Notes under the pieces: generated by a model | What the model saw: only the letters and a program-made list of their open reading frames with translations | The model's database searches: none | What the model was told of the DNA's origin: nothing | Shown: positions 33,296 to 42,101 of the stretch, in pieces | Numbering within the stretch: position 1 is the stretch's first letter | Layout: every line of letters starts with the position of its first letter | Assembly: GCA_965223325.1 (NCBI GenBank) | Contig: CBDCWI010000002.1 | Coordinates: 2,496,001-2,560,000 of the forward strand | Direction of reading: 5' to 3' | DNA from: Candidatus Multivoradales bacterium | Lineage (GTDB): Bacteria > Acidobacteriota > Thermoanaerobaculia > Multivoradales > Multivoraceae | DNA length: 64,000 nucleotides | Made by a program: the position numbers and the translations under genes

Positions 33296-33532
33296 ATGAT
33301 GAACCAACCGATCGAGGTCGAGATCCACCTCAACGGCGACCCTTCAACCGTGCCCGCCGGAACGACCATCCTGGCGCTGCTCGAAACGCGCGGGCGCCAC
33401 CCGCGCACAGTAGCCATCGAGTACAACGGCGACATCCTGGGGCGCGAGGCCTACGGAGAAACCGAACTCCACACCGGCGACCGGGTCGAGATCGTGCATT
33501 TCGTGCAAGGGGGGTCTCCCCGGCTCCGCTAG
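33296..33532 (+). CDS. thiS: Sulfur carrier protein ThiS with C-terminal extension
   Basis: IHLNGD, VAIEYNGDIL, GDRVEIVHFVQGG followed by SPRLR. Confidence 0.88.
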   Translation: MMNQPIEVEIHLNGDPSTVPAGTTILALLETRGRHPRTVAIEYNGDILGREAYGETELHTGDRVEIVHFVQGGSPRLR

Positions 33533-33572
33533 GGAACGGGGCGGCCCAGAAAGCCCAAACTCCTTGAATTTC

Positions 33573-33602
33573 TTGACCCCTGGGCCATCAAAATTCTAGA
33601 AT
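33573..33602 (+). promoter_or_regulatory. Sigma70-type promoter for the 33658 gene
   Basis: TTGACC-18 nt-TAGAAT. Confidence 0.5.
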
Positions 33603-33657
33603 TCGCACTTACGCCCAGGGAGGTCCACCCTTCCGCCGGGGGCCAGCGAGTTGCACC

Positions 33658-34305
33658 ATGATCACGGGCTACAACACCGACGTCAAACATCGAAACCGTG
33701 TCTTCCACGTGCAAACGGAAGATCGCGGTCAGGCCAACCCCACGATCGAGACGCTGATCTACGTCGGCGGCCAGGTGATGGCGTCCGAGCGCACGGAGTA
33801 CGCCGACATGCTCGCCCAGGGCGCCGAGCGCAGCGAAGTCGCCACCATGATGGACGCGCAGCATCAGCGCATGCTCGAGAAGATCAAGCAGGGCGGCTTC
33901 GACGACAAGATCGCCGAAATGTTCCCAGAGGATCCGCGCGAGGAAGCCAACAACGGCGACCGCACCCTCGACGAGGTCATCCTCGAGTACCTGACCACGG
34001 AAGCCCAGCAGGACCACCTGATGCTTTTCCTCGATGAGGAAGTCGAGCTGATTCTCGGCGAGAGCACCGGCGTCGTGGTGCGCGCCAGCTCGAGCAAGAG
34101 CGGCCTGCCGATCAGCGGCGCCACGGTCTCGGTCCGCATGATCTCGACCGTCGATCACCCGCGCATCCTCGCCTCCGGCGAAACCGAAGACGACGGCACC
34201 CTGGGGCTCGAACTCGAGATCCCCGAAGTCACCGAAGGTGCCTCGGCGCTGATCATCGCCGCCGACAGCGACATCGGGAAAGCCGAGCTCAAGTACCTCT
34301 TGTAG
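33658..34305 (+). CDS. Conserved hypothetical protein (GYNTD..H....FHVQTED family)
   Basis: Strong GC3 codon bias; MITGYNTDVKHRNRVFHVQTEDRG...TLDEVILEYL plus a beta-rich C-terminal domain. Confidence 0.85.
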   Translation: MITGYNTDVKHRNRVFHVQTEDRGQANPTIETLIYVGGQVMASERTEYADMLAQGAERSEVATMMDAQHQRMLEKIKQGGFDDKIAEMFPEDPREEANNGDRTLDEVILEYLTTEAQQDHLMLFLDEEVELILGESTGVVVRASSSKSGLPISGATVSVRMISTVDHPRILASGETEDDGTLGLELEIPEVTEGASALIIAADSDIGKAELKYLL

Positions 34306-34413
34306 CGGACGCTCCGTTTTCGCGCCAGGCCGAGACACCGGTGGCGATTTCGAGGAGCTGGATCCTGGGATCGCCCTTGCAGCGCCCAGAGGCCCGGGAG
34401 CAGGCGATGGCCC

Positions 34414-34620
34414 GTGGAGCTGGTTTTGCACCATCAGCCAGGAGCCGTCGGGAGCACGGCGAGCGGCGAGGCCGGCCCGGTGCGCGTCGTCTCGGCCACG
34501 ACGGCGAGTCGGTCAGCAGGCGTACCCCGAATGATCCGCAGAGGCGACGAGCTGCTCTTTGTCTGGGTCGAGGAAGGAGAGTCGGCCCGTCTGCGCGCTG
34601 GCCTGATCCCGCTGGCGTGA
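34414..34620 (+). pseudogene. C-terminal remnant of a BNR/sialidase-like propeller protein
   Basis: GPVRVVSATTASRSAGVPRMIRRGDELLFVWVE resembles the C-terminus of that family; no recognisable N-terminal portion. Confidence 0.45.
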
Positions 34621-34659
34621 TCTGGGCCGACCGGGATGCCGTCGAGGCAAGAAGAGCTA

Positions 34660-34691
34660 TTGACCCTGTAGTTAAGTACAGGGTTTACAGT
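34660..34691 (+). promoter_or_regulatory. MerR-family promoter/operator
   Basis: TTGACC, long (20 nt) spacer and TACAGT, with a perfect dyad ACCCTGTA-GTTAAG-TACAGGGT (34663-34684) just upstream of the MerR gene. Confidence 0.88.
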
Positions 34692-34712
34692 GGTCTCTGA
34701 GGAGGCGACGCG

Positions 34713-35132
34713 ATGACAGGAATCACCATCGGGCAACTCGCCCGCCAAGCCGACGTCGGCATCGAAACAGTGCGCTTCTACGAGCGACGTGGACTCATCG
34801 AGGACCCGCCTCGTCGAAGCTCCGGCTATCGACAGTATCCGCCAGATACCGTCGAGCGGCTGCGCTTCATCAAGCGGGCCAAGGAGCTGGGCTTCTCCTT
34901 GAAGGAGATCGGCGACCTGCTCCGGCTGCGCAGCCATCCGGCGGAGAACCGTGAGGAAGTGCGGGCCAGAGCCCAGGCGAAGATCGATGACATCGATCGA
35001 AGGCTCGCCGATCTCTCACGGATGAGAGACACCCTGTCCGAGCTCGCCGACGCCTGTGCGCGAGGCGATGAGACCGAAGATTGTCCGATTCTTGTCGCGC
35101 TCGATGGCCGAGCGCAGGAAGGGGACCACTGA
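34713..35132 (+). CDS. MerR-family heavy-metal-responsive regulator
   Basis: [42 protein letters not shown]8-CPIL. Confidence 0.95.
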   Translation: MTGITIGQLARQADVGIETVRFYERRGLIEDPPRRSSGYRQYPPDTVERLRFIKRAKELGFSLKEIGDLLRLRSHPAENREEVRARAQAKIDDIDRRLADLSRMRDTLSELADACARGDETEDCPILVALDGRAQEGDH

Positions 35133-37630
35133 TGAGCTCCAAGCATTCAGCGCATCACGACGACCGTCCTTCGACTGGCGATGGTCTCGCCACCGATCCG
35201 GTGTGCGGCATGAAGGTCGATGCCGACGACGCCAGGTTCGAAGCCGAAGAGGGCGGACAGCGATTCGTCTTCTGCTCGGCCGGATGCCAGGCCAAGTTCG
35301 AGGCAGATCCGAGTCGTTTTCTGGAGCCACGAAACGAACAGGCGACCGTCTCAGCCGAGGCGGCTGGAAGTCGGGGCGCCAGGAGCCAGGGCTCGGTCTA
35401 TGTGTGCCCGATGGATCCCGAGATCCGACAGCAGGAGCCGGGAAGCTGTCCGAAGTGTGGCATGGCCCTCGAACCCGAGACGCCGAGCCTGGCCACCCGG
35501 ACGGAATACACCTGCCCCATGCACCCGGAGATCGTCCGCGACGAGCCGGGGAGCTGCCCGATCTGCGGCATGGCGCTCGAACCGCGTACCGTTAGCGCCG
35601 AGGACGAAGAGAATCCGGAGCTCGTCGACATGACTCGGCGATTTGCCTTCGCCGCCGCGCTCTCTCTGCCGATCCTGCTGCTCGCCATGGGCCACATGCT
35701 GCCGGGCGATCCCGTCTCGAAGCTGGTGCCGCCGCGCTGGCGAGTTCTCGTCGAGCTGGCCTTGGCGACGCCGGTCTGCCTCTGGTCGGCCTGGCCTTTC
35801 TACGTGCGTGCCTGGCAGTCGGTGCGCAACCGCAGCCTCAACATGTTCACCCTGATCGGACTCGGAGTCAGCGTGGCTTACGTCTACAGCCTCATCGCCG
35901 CGCTCTGGCCCGGGATCTTTCCCGACTCGTTCCGCGACGAGCACGGCACCGTCGCGGTGTACTTCGAAGCCGCCGCCGTCATCGTGACGCTGATTCTGCT
36001 CGGCCAGGTGCTCGAGCTTCGCGCGCGCAGCCAGACCGGCGCGGCGATCAAGGCCCTACTCGGGCTTGCGGCCAAGACAGCCCGCCGAATTCGGCCCGAC
36101 GGCGAGGAAGAAGACGTACCGCTCGACGCCGTCGAGGCTGGCGACAGTCTGCGCGTGCGCCCGGGCGAGAAGGTTCCGGTCGACGGTACGGTGCTCGAAG
36201 GAACGAGCACCGTGGACGAGTCGATGGTGACGGGCGAGCCGATCCCGGTCAAGAAGACCGCCGGTGACGCAGTGATCGGCGCCACGGTCAACGGTACGGG
36301 TTCCTTCGTCATGGAGGCCGAGAAGGTTGGCTCGGAAACCCTGCTTTCGCGCATCGTCACCATGGTGGCCGAGGCCCAACGCAGCCGGGCGCCGATTCAG
36401 AAGCTGGCCGACCGCGTGTCCAGCTGGTTCGTTCCCATCGTCATCGTCGTCGCCGTGCTCACCTTCACCGTATGGGCGCTGGTCGGCCCCGATCCGCGGA
36501 TGGCCTATGCCCTCGTCAACGCGGTCGCCGTCTTGATCATCGCATGCCCTTGCGCCCTGGGTCTGGCGACCCCGATGTCGATCATGGTGGCGACCGGCAA
36601 GGGCGCGCGCGCAGGCGTCCTGTTCAAGAACGCCGAAGCGATCGAGCGATTGCGGCAGGTGGACACGCTGGTCGTGGACAAGACCGGCACCCTGACGGAA
36701 GGGCGCCCGAGCCTGGTGACGGTTGAGCCGACGAGCGACTTCGCCGAGGAACGCTTTCTCGAGCTGGTGGCGACGCTCGAACGCGCCAGCGAGCATCCCC
36801 TCGCGGAAGCAATCGTTCGCGGAGCCGAGGATCGAGGCGTCCAGGTGGGCGAGGCGGCGTCGTTCGAATCGGTGACCGGAAAAGGCGTGAGGGGTCGGGT
36901 CGACGACGTCGAAGTGGCGCTCGGCAACCGGGCCATGATGACTGACGTCGGGGTTGACCTGGCGGGCCTGCCCGAACGAGCCGAAACGCTGCGAGCGGAA
37001 GGTCAGACCGTGATGTTCGCGGCCATCGACGGCGATGCCGCCGGCCTCGTTGGCGTCGCCGATCCGATCAAGGAAAGCACCCCCGAAGCGATCGAAGCCT
37101 TGCATACGGAAGGGTTGCGCATCACCATGTTGACCGGCGACAGCCGGACCACGGCGGAGGCGGTCGCCCGCCAGCTCGGGATCGACGAGGTTGTGGCCGA
37201 GGTTCTGCCAGAGCAGAAGAAAGACGCCGTCGAGAAGCTCCAGGAAGACGGCCACGTCGTGGCCATGGCCGGCGACGGCATCAACGACGCGCCAGCGCTC
37301 GCCCGTGCCGACGTGGGCATCGCCATGGGCACCGGCACCGACGTGGCCATGGAGAGTGCCGGCGTGACTTTGGTCAAAGGCGACCTCCGCGGGATCGTTC
37401 GTGCCCGGCGTCTCAGCCGAAGGGCGATGGCGAACATCCGGCAGAACCTTTTCTTCGCCTTCGTCTACAACGCCCTGGGGGTGCCGGTGGCAGCGGGTGT
37501 GCTCTATCCGTTCTTCGGCATCCTGCTTAGCCCGATGCTCGCGGCGGCGGCCATGAGCTTCAGCTCGGTGTCGGTGATTGGGAACTCCTTGCGCTTGCGT
37601 GAGATTGACCTGGATCTCGACCGCTCATGA
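35132..37630 (+). CDS. copA: Cu(I)/Ag(I)-translocating P1B-1 ATPase with YHS and two CPM(H/D) metal-binding domains
   Basis: DPVCGM...FCSAGC; YVCPMDP and YTCPMHP..CPICGM; [40 protein letters not shown]; ATG overlaps the regulator stop. Confidence 0.95.
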   Translation: MSSKHSAHHDDRPSTGDGLATDPVCGMKVDADDARFEAEEGGQRFVFCSAGCQAKFEADPSRFLEPRNEQATVSAEAAGSRGARSQGSVYVCPMDPEIRQQEPGSCPKCGMALEPETPSLATRTEYTCPMHPEIVRDEPGSCPICGMALEPRTVSAEDEENPELVDMTRRFAFAAALSLPILLLAMGHMLPGDPVSKLVPPRWRVLVELALATPVCLWSAWPFYVRAWQSVRNRSLNMFTLIGLGVSVAYVYSLIAALWPGIFPDSFRDEHGTVAVYFEAAAVIVTLILLGQVLELRARSQTGAAIKALLGLAAKTARRIRPDGEEEDVPLDAVEAGDSLRVRPGEKVPVDGTVLEGTSTVDESMVTGEPIPVKKTAGDAVIGATVNGTGSFVMEAEKVGSETLLSRIVTMVAEAQRSRAPIQKLADRVSSWFVPIVIVVAVLTFTVWALVGPDPRMAYALVNAVAVLIIACPCALGLATPMSIMVATGKGARAGVLFKNAEAIERLRQVDTLVVDKTGTLTEGRPSLVTVEPTSDFAEERFLELVATLERASEHPLAEAIVRGAEDRGVQVGEAASFESVTGKGVRGRVDDVEVALGNRAMMTDVGVDLAGLPERAETLRAEGQTVMFAAIDGDAAGLVGVADPIKESTPEAIEALHTEGLRITMLTGDSRTTAEAVARQLGIDEVVAEVLPEQKKDAVEKLQEDGHVVAMAGDGINDAPALARADVGIAMGTGTDVAMESAGVTLVKGDLRGIVRARRLSRRAMANIRQNLFFAFVYNALGVPVAAGVLYPFFGILLSPMLAAAAMSFSSVSVIGNSLRLREIDLDLDRS

Positions 37631-37770
37631 CAAGCGTCTTCGATCGGGTCTTTGCCTCTTCCTCGATCTCTTCGATCATCGACACAGCTGGTTTCTGAAA
37701 CGAATCACATCTTCAGACCACCTCGGGTTCAGACTGTCTCGCTAGGGTTGCAGGTAGCAACCGAGACAGC

Positions 37771-40224
37771 ATGATCAACGGACTTCTACAGGATCTTCGC
37801 TTTGCCACGCGGCAGCTGGCGAGAAACCGCGTCTTTACCGCGGCCAGTGTGCTCGTACTCGGGCTGGGCATCCGTGCGAACGTGGCTAGTTTCAGTCTCA
37901 CCAATGCGCTCCTGCTGCGCCCGCCTCAAGGCGTCAGCGCACCGAACGAACTCTTCCAACTGATCGGCCGGTCGAGGCCTCAGGACGACTTCCGGCGGAC
38001 CTTCGCCTTCCCGGACTTCCAAGACCTACAGCACGCGCTCGAAGGCGAAGCCAAACTCGCAGCGCATGACTCAACGCAACTCAGTGTGCGCGTTGGAGAC
38101 GTTACGGAGAGGCTTCGGGGCAGTCTCGTCGCCGGGAACTACTTCGACCTCTTGGGTGTGGGAGCTCAGCGTGGTCGGGTGCTCTCTCCCGTAGACGACG
38201 TCCCTGGCAAGGGCGCTGTGGCCGTCGTGAGCCACGAGTTCTGGGAGGGCCGACTGGCATCTGACGAGAGCGTCGTTGGCCGAGAGATCGTCGTCAACGG
38301 GCAGTCGTTCACCGTCGTCGGCGTGGCTGAGCCGGGGTTCACCGGCGTTGTGAAGTTCGAGGAGAGCCACCTGTGGGTGCCCCTGGCTATGGAGCCGTCG
38401 CTCAGTTCTGTCGTGCTGCGCAGACGGCCGGGCGTCAATCGGATCAGCGTGCTTGGCCGACCGATCGGCGGCCGGACTCACGAGGCCGTTCGAAACCGTG
38501 TGGAGACTTTGGGTGCAGCTCTCGCAAAGCGACACGCCAACACGGACGCGCCGCGCGAACTCACGACGATGGCCGGCCTCGGCTCCGAGCCCGCCGAGGA
38601 ACGTACCGCACGGCAGCTCTCGGGTGTCTTGCTGGCGGTTGCCTTTCTCGTTCTTCTGATCGCCTGCGCGAATGTTGCGAATCTGGTCCTGGTCCGTGCG
38701 AGCCGGCGACGCAACGAGGTCGCTGTGCGCCGTGCTCTGGGAGCCAGCCGGCTGCGTGTCGCCCGCTTGTTGCTGACCGAGAGCCTGGTGCTTGCCGTTC
38801 CGGCCGCTGCTCTGGGCACTGGCCTTGCCTTGCTGGGCAAGGACTTGATTCCGACCCTACTTCCCCAGTTCGGTGGCGAGGCCGACTTCGATCTCGCTCT
38901 TGACCATCGCGTAGCGCTCTACAGCGGCGTCCTGGCTGGGGCGAGCGCTCTCATCTTCGGTCTTGCACCGGTGCTCGGCAACCGTGGAATGCACCTTTCT
39001 TCCGAGCTCAAGGAGGGGGGCCAGCGAGGCGGCCGCGCCCGCGCCGGGTTGAGAAGCACTCTCGTGGTGGTCCAGCTCGCGCTTTCCGTAGTGCTCCTCA
39101 TGGCTGCCGGCCTGCTACTCGAGACCATGCAGCGGCTCCAGGCCGTCGATCCGGGCTTTTCGGGCGAAGGAGCTCTGGCCACCTCCGTCGACCCGGGGTT
39201 GCAGTTGTACAGCGAGAGCCAGATCGCTCTCCTCTACGAACGGCTACCAGCTGCTCTCGAAGCGTTGCCCGGTACGGTCCGTGCCACCCTGGCGGACACG
39301 GTGCCGCTCTCCGGCGGCTCCGACGTCTTCGGTGGCCTCGCGATCGAAGGCAGCGACCCGCCCGAAGGGACCTCTGGATGGACGGTGCAGGCCAACGTCG
39401 TGACGTCGGGTTTCTTCGAGACGCTCGAGATTCCGCAGAGCGAAGGGCGCGACTTCGAGGCGACGGACACGGTCACAGCGCCGCCTGTGGCAATCGTCAA
39501 CGAGGCCTTTCGCAAGCGCTTCTGGCCTGACCGTGCGCTTGGCCGCACCATCAGCATTCCGCGCCGCGGCGAGGAGCCGCAGCTCGTCGAGGTCGTGGGT
39601 GTGGTCGGCGACGTTCACTATGGGTCGCTTGCGCAAACGGCCGAGCCGCTCATCTACCTGCCACTCTCACAGAACCTGAAGCGGCGCATGACGATCCTGG
39701 TGCGAAGCCAGGGCGATCCGTTGCTGAATGTTGGCGCGGTGAGGGACGCCGTGCGAGCGTTCGATCCGGACATACCGCTCTTCGGGGTCGCGCCCCTCGA
39801 TCAGATCGTCGAGTCCTCTCTTTGGCAGCAACGCCTGTTCGCCACACTGCTGACGCTGTTCGGAGCTCTCGCTTTGAGCCTCGCCGCTGTCGGCCTCTAT
39901 GGCGTCATCGCCTACCTGGTCAGCGAGAGCCGCCGTGAGATCGGCATCCGTATCGCCGTCGGTGCCAGCGGTAGCGAGGTCGTGGCCCACTATCTCAAGA
40001 GCTCCTTGCGTCTCGTGCTCACGGGAGTCGGATTAGGGCTCGTCGGCTCGCTGGGCACAAAACGGTTCCTTGCAGGCACATTGCACGACGTGCGAGCTCT
40101 CGAGCCGCGTGTGGCTTTGGGCGTGCTCGGCGTGATGCTTGTCATCGCAGGCCTCGCGACGGTTGTTCCGGCACGGGCAGCGGCCAGGGTCAACCCGGTC
40201 GAAGCACTGCGAAACGAAGGCTAG
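37771..40224 (+). CDS. ADOP-type duplicated ABC transporter permease (2x MacB_PCD/FtsX)
   Basis: LQDLRFATRQL, LLIACANVANLVLVR, EVAVRRALGA, LVVVQLALS, VGLYGVIAY, REIGIRIAVGA, PARAAARVNPVEALR; no ATPase gene adjacent. Confidence 0.92.
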   Translation: MINGLLQDLRFATRQLARNRVFTAASVLVLGLGIRANVASFSLTNALLLRPPQGVSAPNELFQLIGRSRPQDDFRRTFAFPDFQDLQHALEGEAKLAAHDSTQLSVRVGDVTERLRGSLVAGNYFDLLGVGAQRGRVLSPVDDVPGKGAVAVVSHEFWEGRLASDESVVGREIVVNGQSFTVVGVAEPGFTGVVKFEESHLWVPLAMEPSLSSVVLRRRPGVNRISVLGRPIGGRTHEAVRNRVETLGAALAKRHANTDAPRELTTMAGLGSEPAEERTARQLSGVLLAVAFLVLLIACANVANLVLVRASRRRNEVAVRRALGASRLRVARLLLTESLVLAVPAAALGTGLALLGKDLIPTLLPQFGGEADFDLALDHRVALYSGVLAGASALIFGLAPVLGNRGMHLSSELKEGGQRGGRARAGLRSTLVVVQLALSVVLLMAAGLLLETMQRLQAVDPGFSGEGALATSVDPGLQLYSESQIALLYERLPAALEALPGTVRATLADTVPLSGGSDVFGGLAIEGSDPPEGTSGWTVQANVVTSGFFETLEIPQSEGRDFEATDTVTAPPVAIVNEAFRKRFWPDRALGRTISIPRRGEEPQLVEVVGVVGDVHYGSLAQTAEPLIYLPLSQNLKRRMTILVRSQGDPLLNVGAVRDAVRAFDPDIPLFGVAPLDQIVESSLWQQRLFATLLTLFGALALSLAAVGLYGVIAYLVSESRREIGIRIAVGASGSEVVAHYLKSSLRLVLTGVGLGLVGSLGTKRFLAGTLHDVRALEPRVALGVLGVMLVIAGLATVVPARAAARVNPVEALRNEG

Positions 40225-40295
40225 GAGCGAGTGCAAGGCACGGAATGAAAGGGGATGTATCGAAATTTCTCACCGGAAACAAGGAGATCTGTGCA

Positions 40296-40682
40296 ATGGA
40301 AAGAACACACGCCATCACGTCGCTGTTCGTCATGATCCTCGGAATGATCGCCGTCTCTGCGATCGCTAGCGACGAGGTTCTTGGTACGTGGCAAGGAACT
40401 GTGGAGAGGGAACGGGGCAACTACGACTTCACGATCGAGTTCACCATGGATGAGGATGGACTTTCGGGGACATTCACCTCCGAGCTGGATGGTGTTCAGA
40501 CCCTGGAAGAGGTCGCTTACACCAACGGGACCCTCTCGTTCGAACGGATCAGGCTGAACTCTGAGGGTGCCCCCGTCCATCTGAGCTACTCCGCCACCAT
40601 CGAGGGTGACACGATGAGCGTGACGGAGACAACACGGTGGGGCGATCGCAGCTTCACTGCCAAGCGAACTCGCGACGGCTAG
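40296..40682 (+). CDS. Small secreted beta-barrel-like hypothetical protein
   Basis: AAGGAG RBS, signal peptide, VLGTWQG...LSGTF...GDTM...FTAKR. Confidence 0.75.
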   Translation: MERTHAITSLFVMILGMIAVSAIASDEVLGTWQGTVERERGNYDFTIEFTMDEDGLSGTFTSELDGVQTLEEVAYTNGTLSFERIRLNSEGAPVHLSYSATIEGDTMSVTETTRWGDRSFTAKRTRDG

Positions 40683-41296
40683 GCGTTTGGGCAGACAGAG
40701 TGCCCGGCTTCAGGGGGACCGCGTTGCTCTCGCCTTTTCGAGGCAAGCCGCCGGGCAAAGCGCAAGACCACCATCGCGAGTACCGTCATCAGACTGGCGA
40801 GGACGTTGAACAGGATGTCGTTACGGTCAAAGTGGCGGCTCGGCATGAACAGCTGCAACAACTCGTCGATCAATCCGACCAGCGAGGCCAGTAGGATCGC
40901 AACAACTGGAAGAAACGGTACCTTCTTCCCATGCGCGGCACGTTCCGAGAGCGCCTCGAAAACGAGCACCGCCAGAACTCCGTACTCGATCAGGTGACTG
41001 CGCTCGGGAATCGACAGACGCACAAACACCATGAGAAAGACCACAGAAAGGCCGAGCGCAACTCCGAGCTCGAGCTCCGGACGCACTCGGAGGCCCTGCG
41101 CCAAGATCGCCAACCCGACGAGCACCATCGCAGCCAGGAAGAGTGCGGCGCTGAGGCTTTGGTGGTAGAGCCATGAAGATGCGATCGAAGCGAGCCACAG
41201 GGTCGAGAAGATGGCGCCGGTAACCAGAAGTGCACCCTGCCAGAGCCGCTTCTCACGGCGCGACGTGAACCAAGACGAAGGACCCAGGTCAACCAT
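40679..41296 (-). CDS. VanZ family membrane protein
   Basis: ERSHLIEYGVLA, GLIDELLQLFMPSRHFDRNDILFN. Confidence 0.85.
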   Translation of the reverse strand: MVDLGPSSWFTSRREKRLWQGALLVTGAIFSTLWLASIASSWLYHQSLSAALFLAAMVLVGLAILAQGLRVRPELELGVALGLSVVFLMVFVRLSIPERSHLIEYGVLAVLVFEALSERAAHGKKVPFLPVVAILLASLVGLIDELLQLFMPSRHFDRNDILFNVLASLMTVLAMVVLRFARRLASKRREQRGPPEAGHSVCPNA

Positions 41297-41376
41297 TCAA
41301 TAGGGACTCCCTTTCAGGCAGAGCAAACACCCCGAGGCGTAGCCCCTCCGGGGGGCACCCAAGTGTGCTTCGGAGT

Positions 41377-41995
41377 CTAGCGACTTACTCGCGCAACACT
41401 TGAAACCGGAGGTGGGAATAGACCATCGAGCGCCGCGTTGACGAGCTGGTCGGCCCAGTCCTCCATCGGCTCGTCCTTGATGCGCCCCAGGACGGTTGTG
41501 CCGAGGAGCCCGTTTAGAAGCGTCCCGTGCAGTCGAGCCACGATCGCCATCGGGTCTCCGTCGATCACGGCACCCCGCTGACTGTCCGTCTTCGACGACC
41601 ACCAAAGCTCGCCGCACCACACCCGCAAGAGGCAGAGCTCCGCCATCGCACCAGTCGGCGCGTTCCCCGCAACCTCGTCAACCACCTCTTCGCCGGCGAC
41701 CCAGGCCGTCAGGGGCCGTCGCGTGCACGCGGCCCGGGCACGTCCACGGCCACAAACGGCAGCGGGCTTGGGAAGTCCCCGGCGGGAACCGCGCCTCCAG
41801 GTCACCTCTCCACCGTAGATCCCGCGCTGCGCGATGTGCTCGCCTCACCGCATCGAAGACCGAGAGCAGGTGATTGCGCTCTGGCGCATCTGACGCGATC
41901 ACCCGAGGCCGTGGCCCCCAATCGAGCTTCCTCGGACGACGCATCGGACTCACCGGCGTCCTAGCGGATGACATTCCTCCTTGACCAACAGTCAT
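41377..41995 (-). pseudogene. Degraded TetR/AcrR-like regulator
   Basis: Joining two frames across a +1 shift at ~41581 gives VVVEDGQ/QRGAVIDGDPMAIVARLHG...WADQLVNAALDGL (TetR_C-like). A second shift lies near 41620. There is a TGAC-N5-GTCA dyad at 41982-41994. No clear HTH. Confidence 0.4.
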
Positions 41996-42101
41996 TTGCG
42001 AATCGCGCTACACACCGGGTCCGCGGCGGGGCGCGCTCCTGCGCCACGACTTCGGCGCAAAACTCACCCCCGACTGTGCGTGGCATCGCCGCGCGATCGA
42101 C

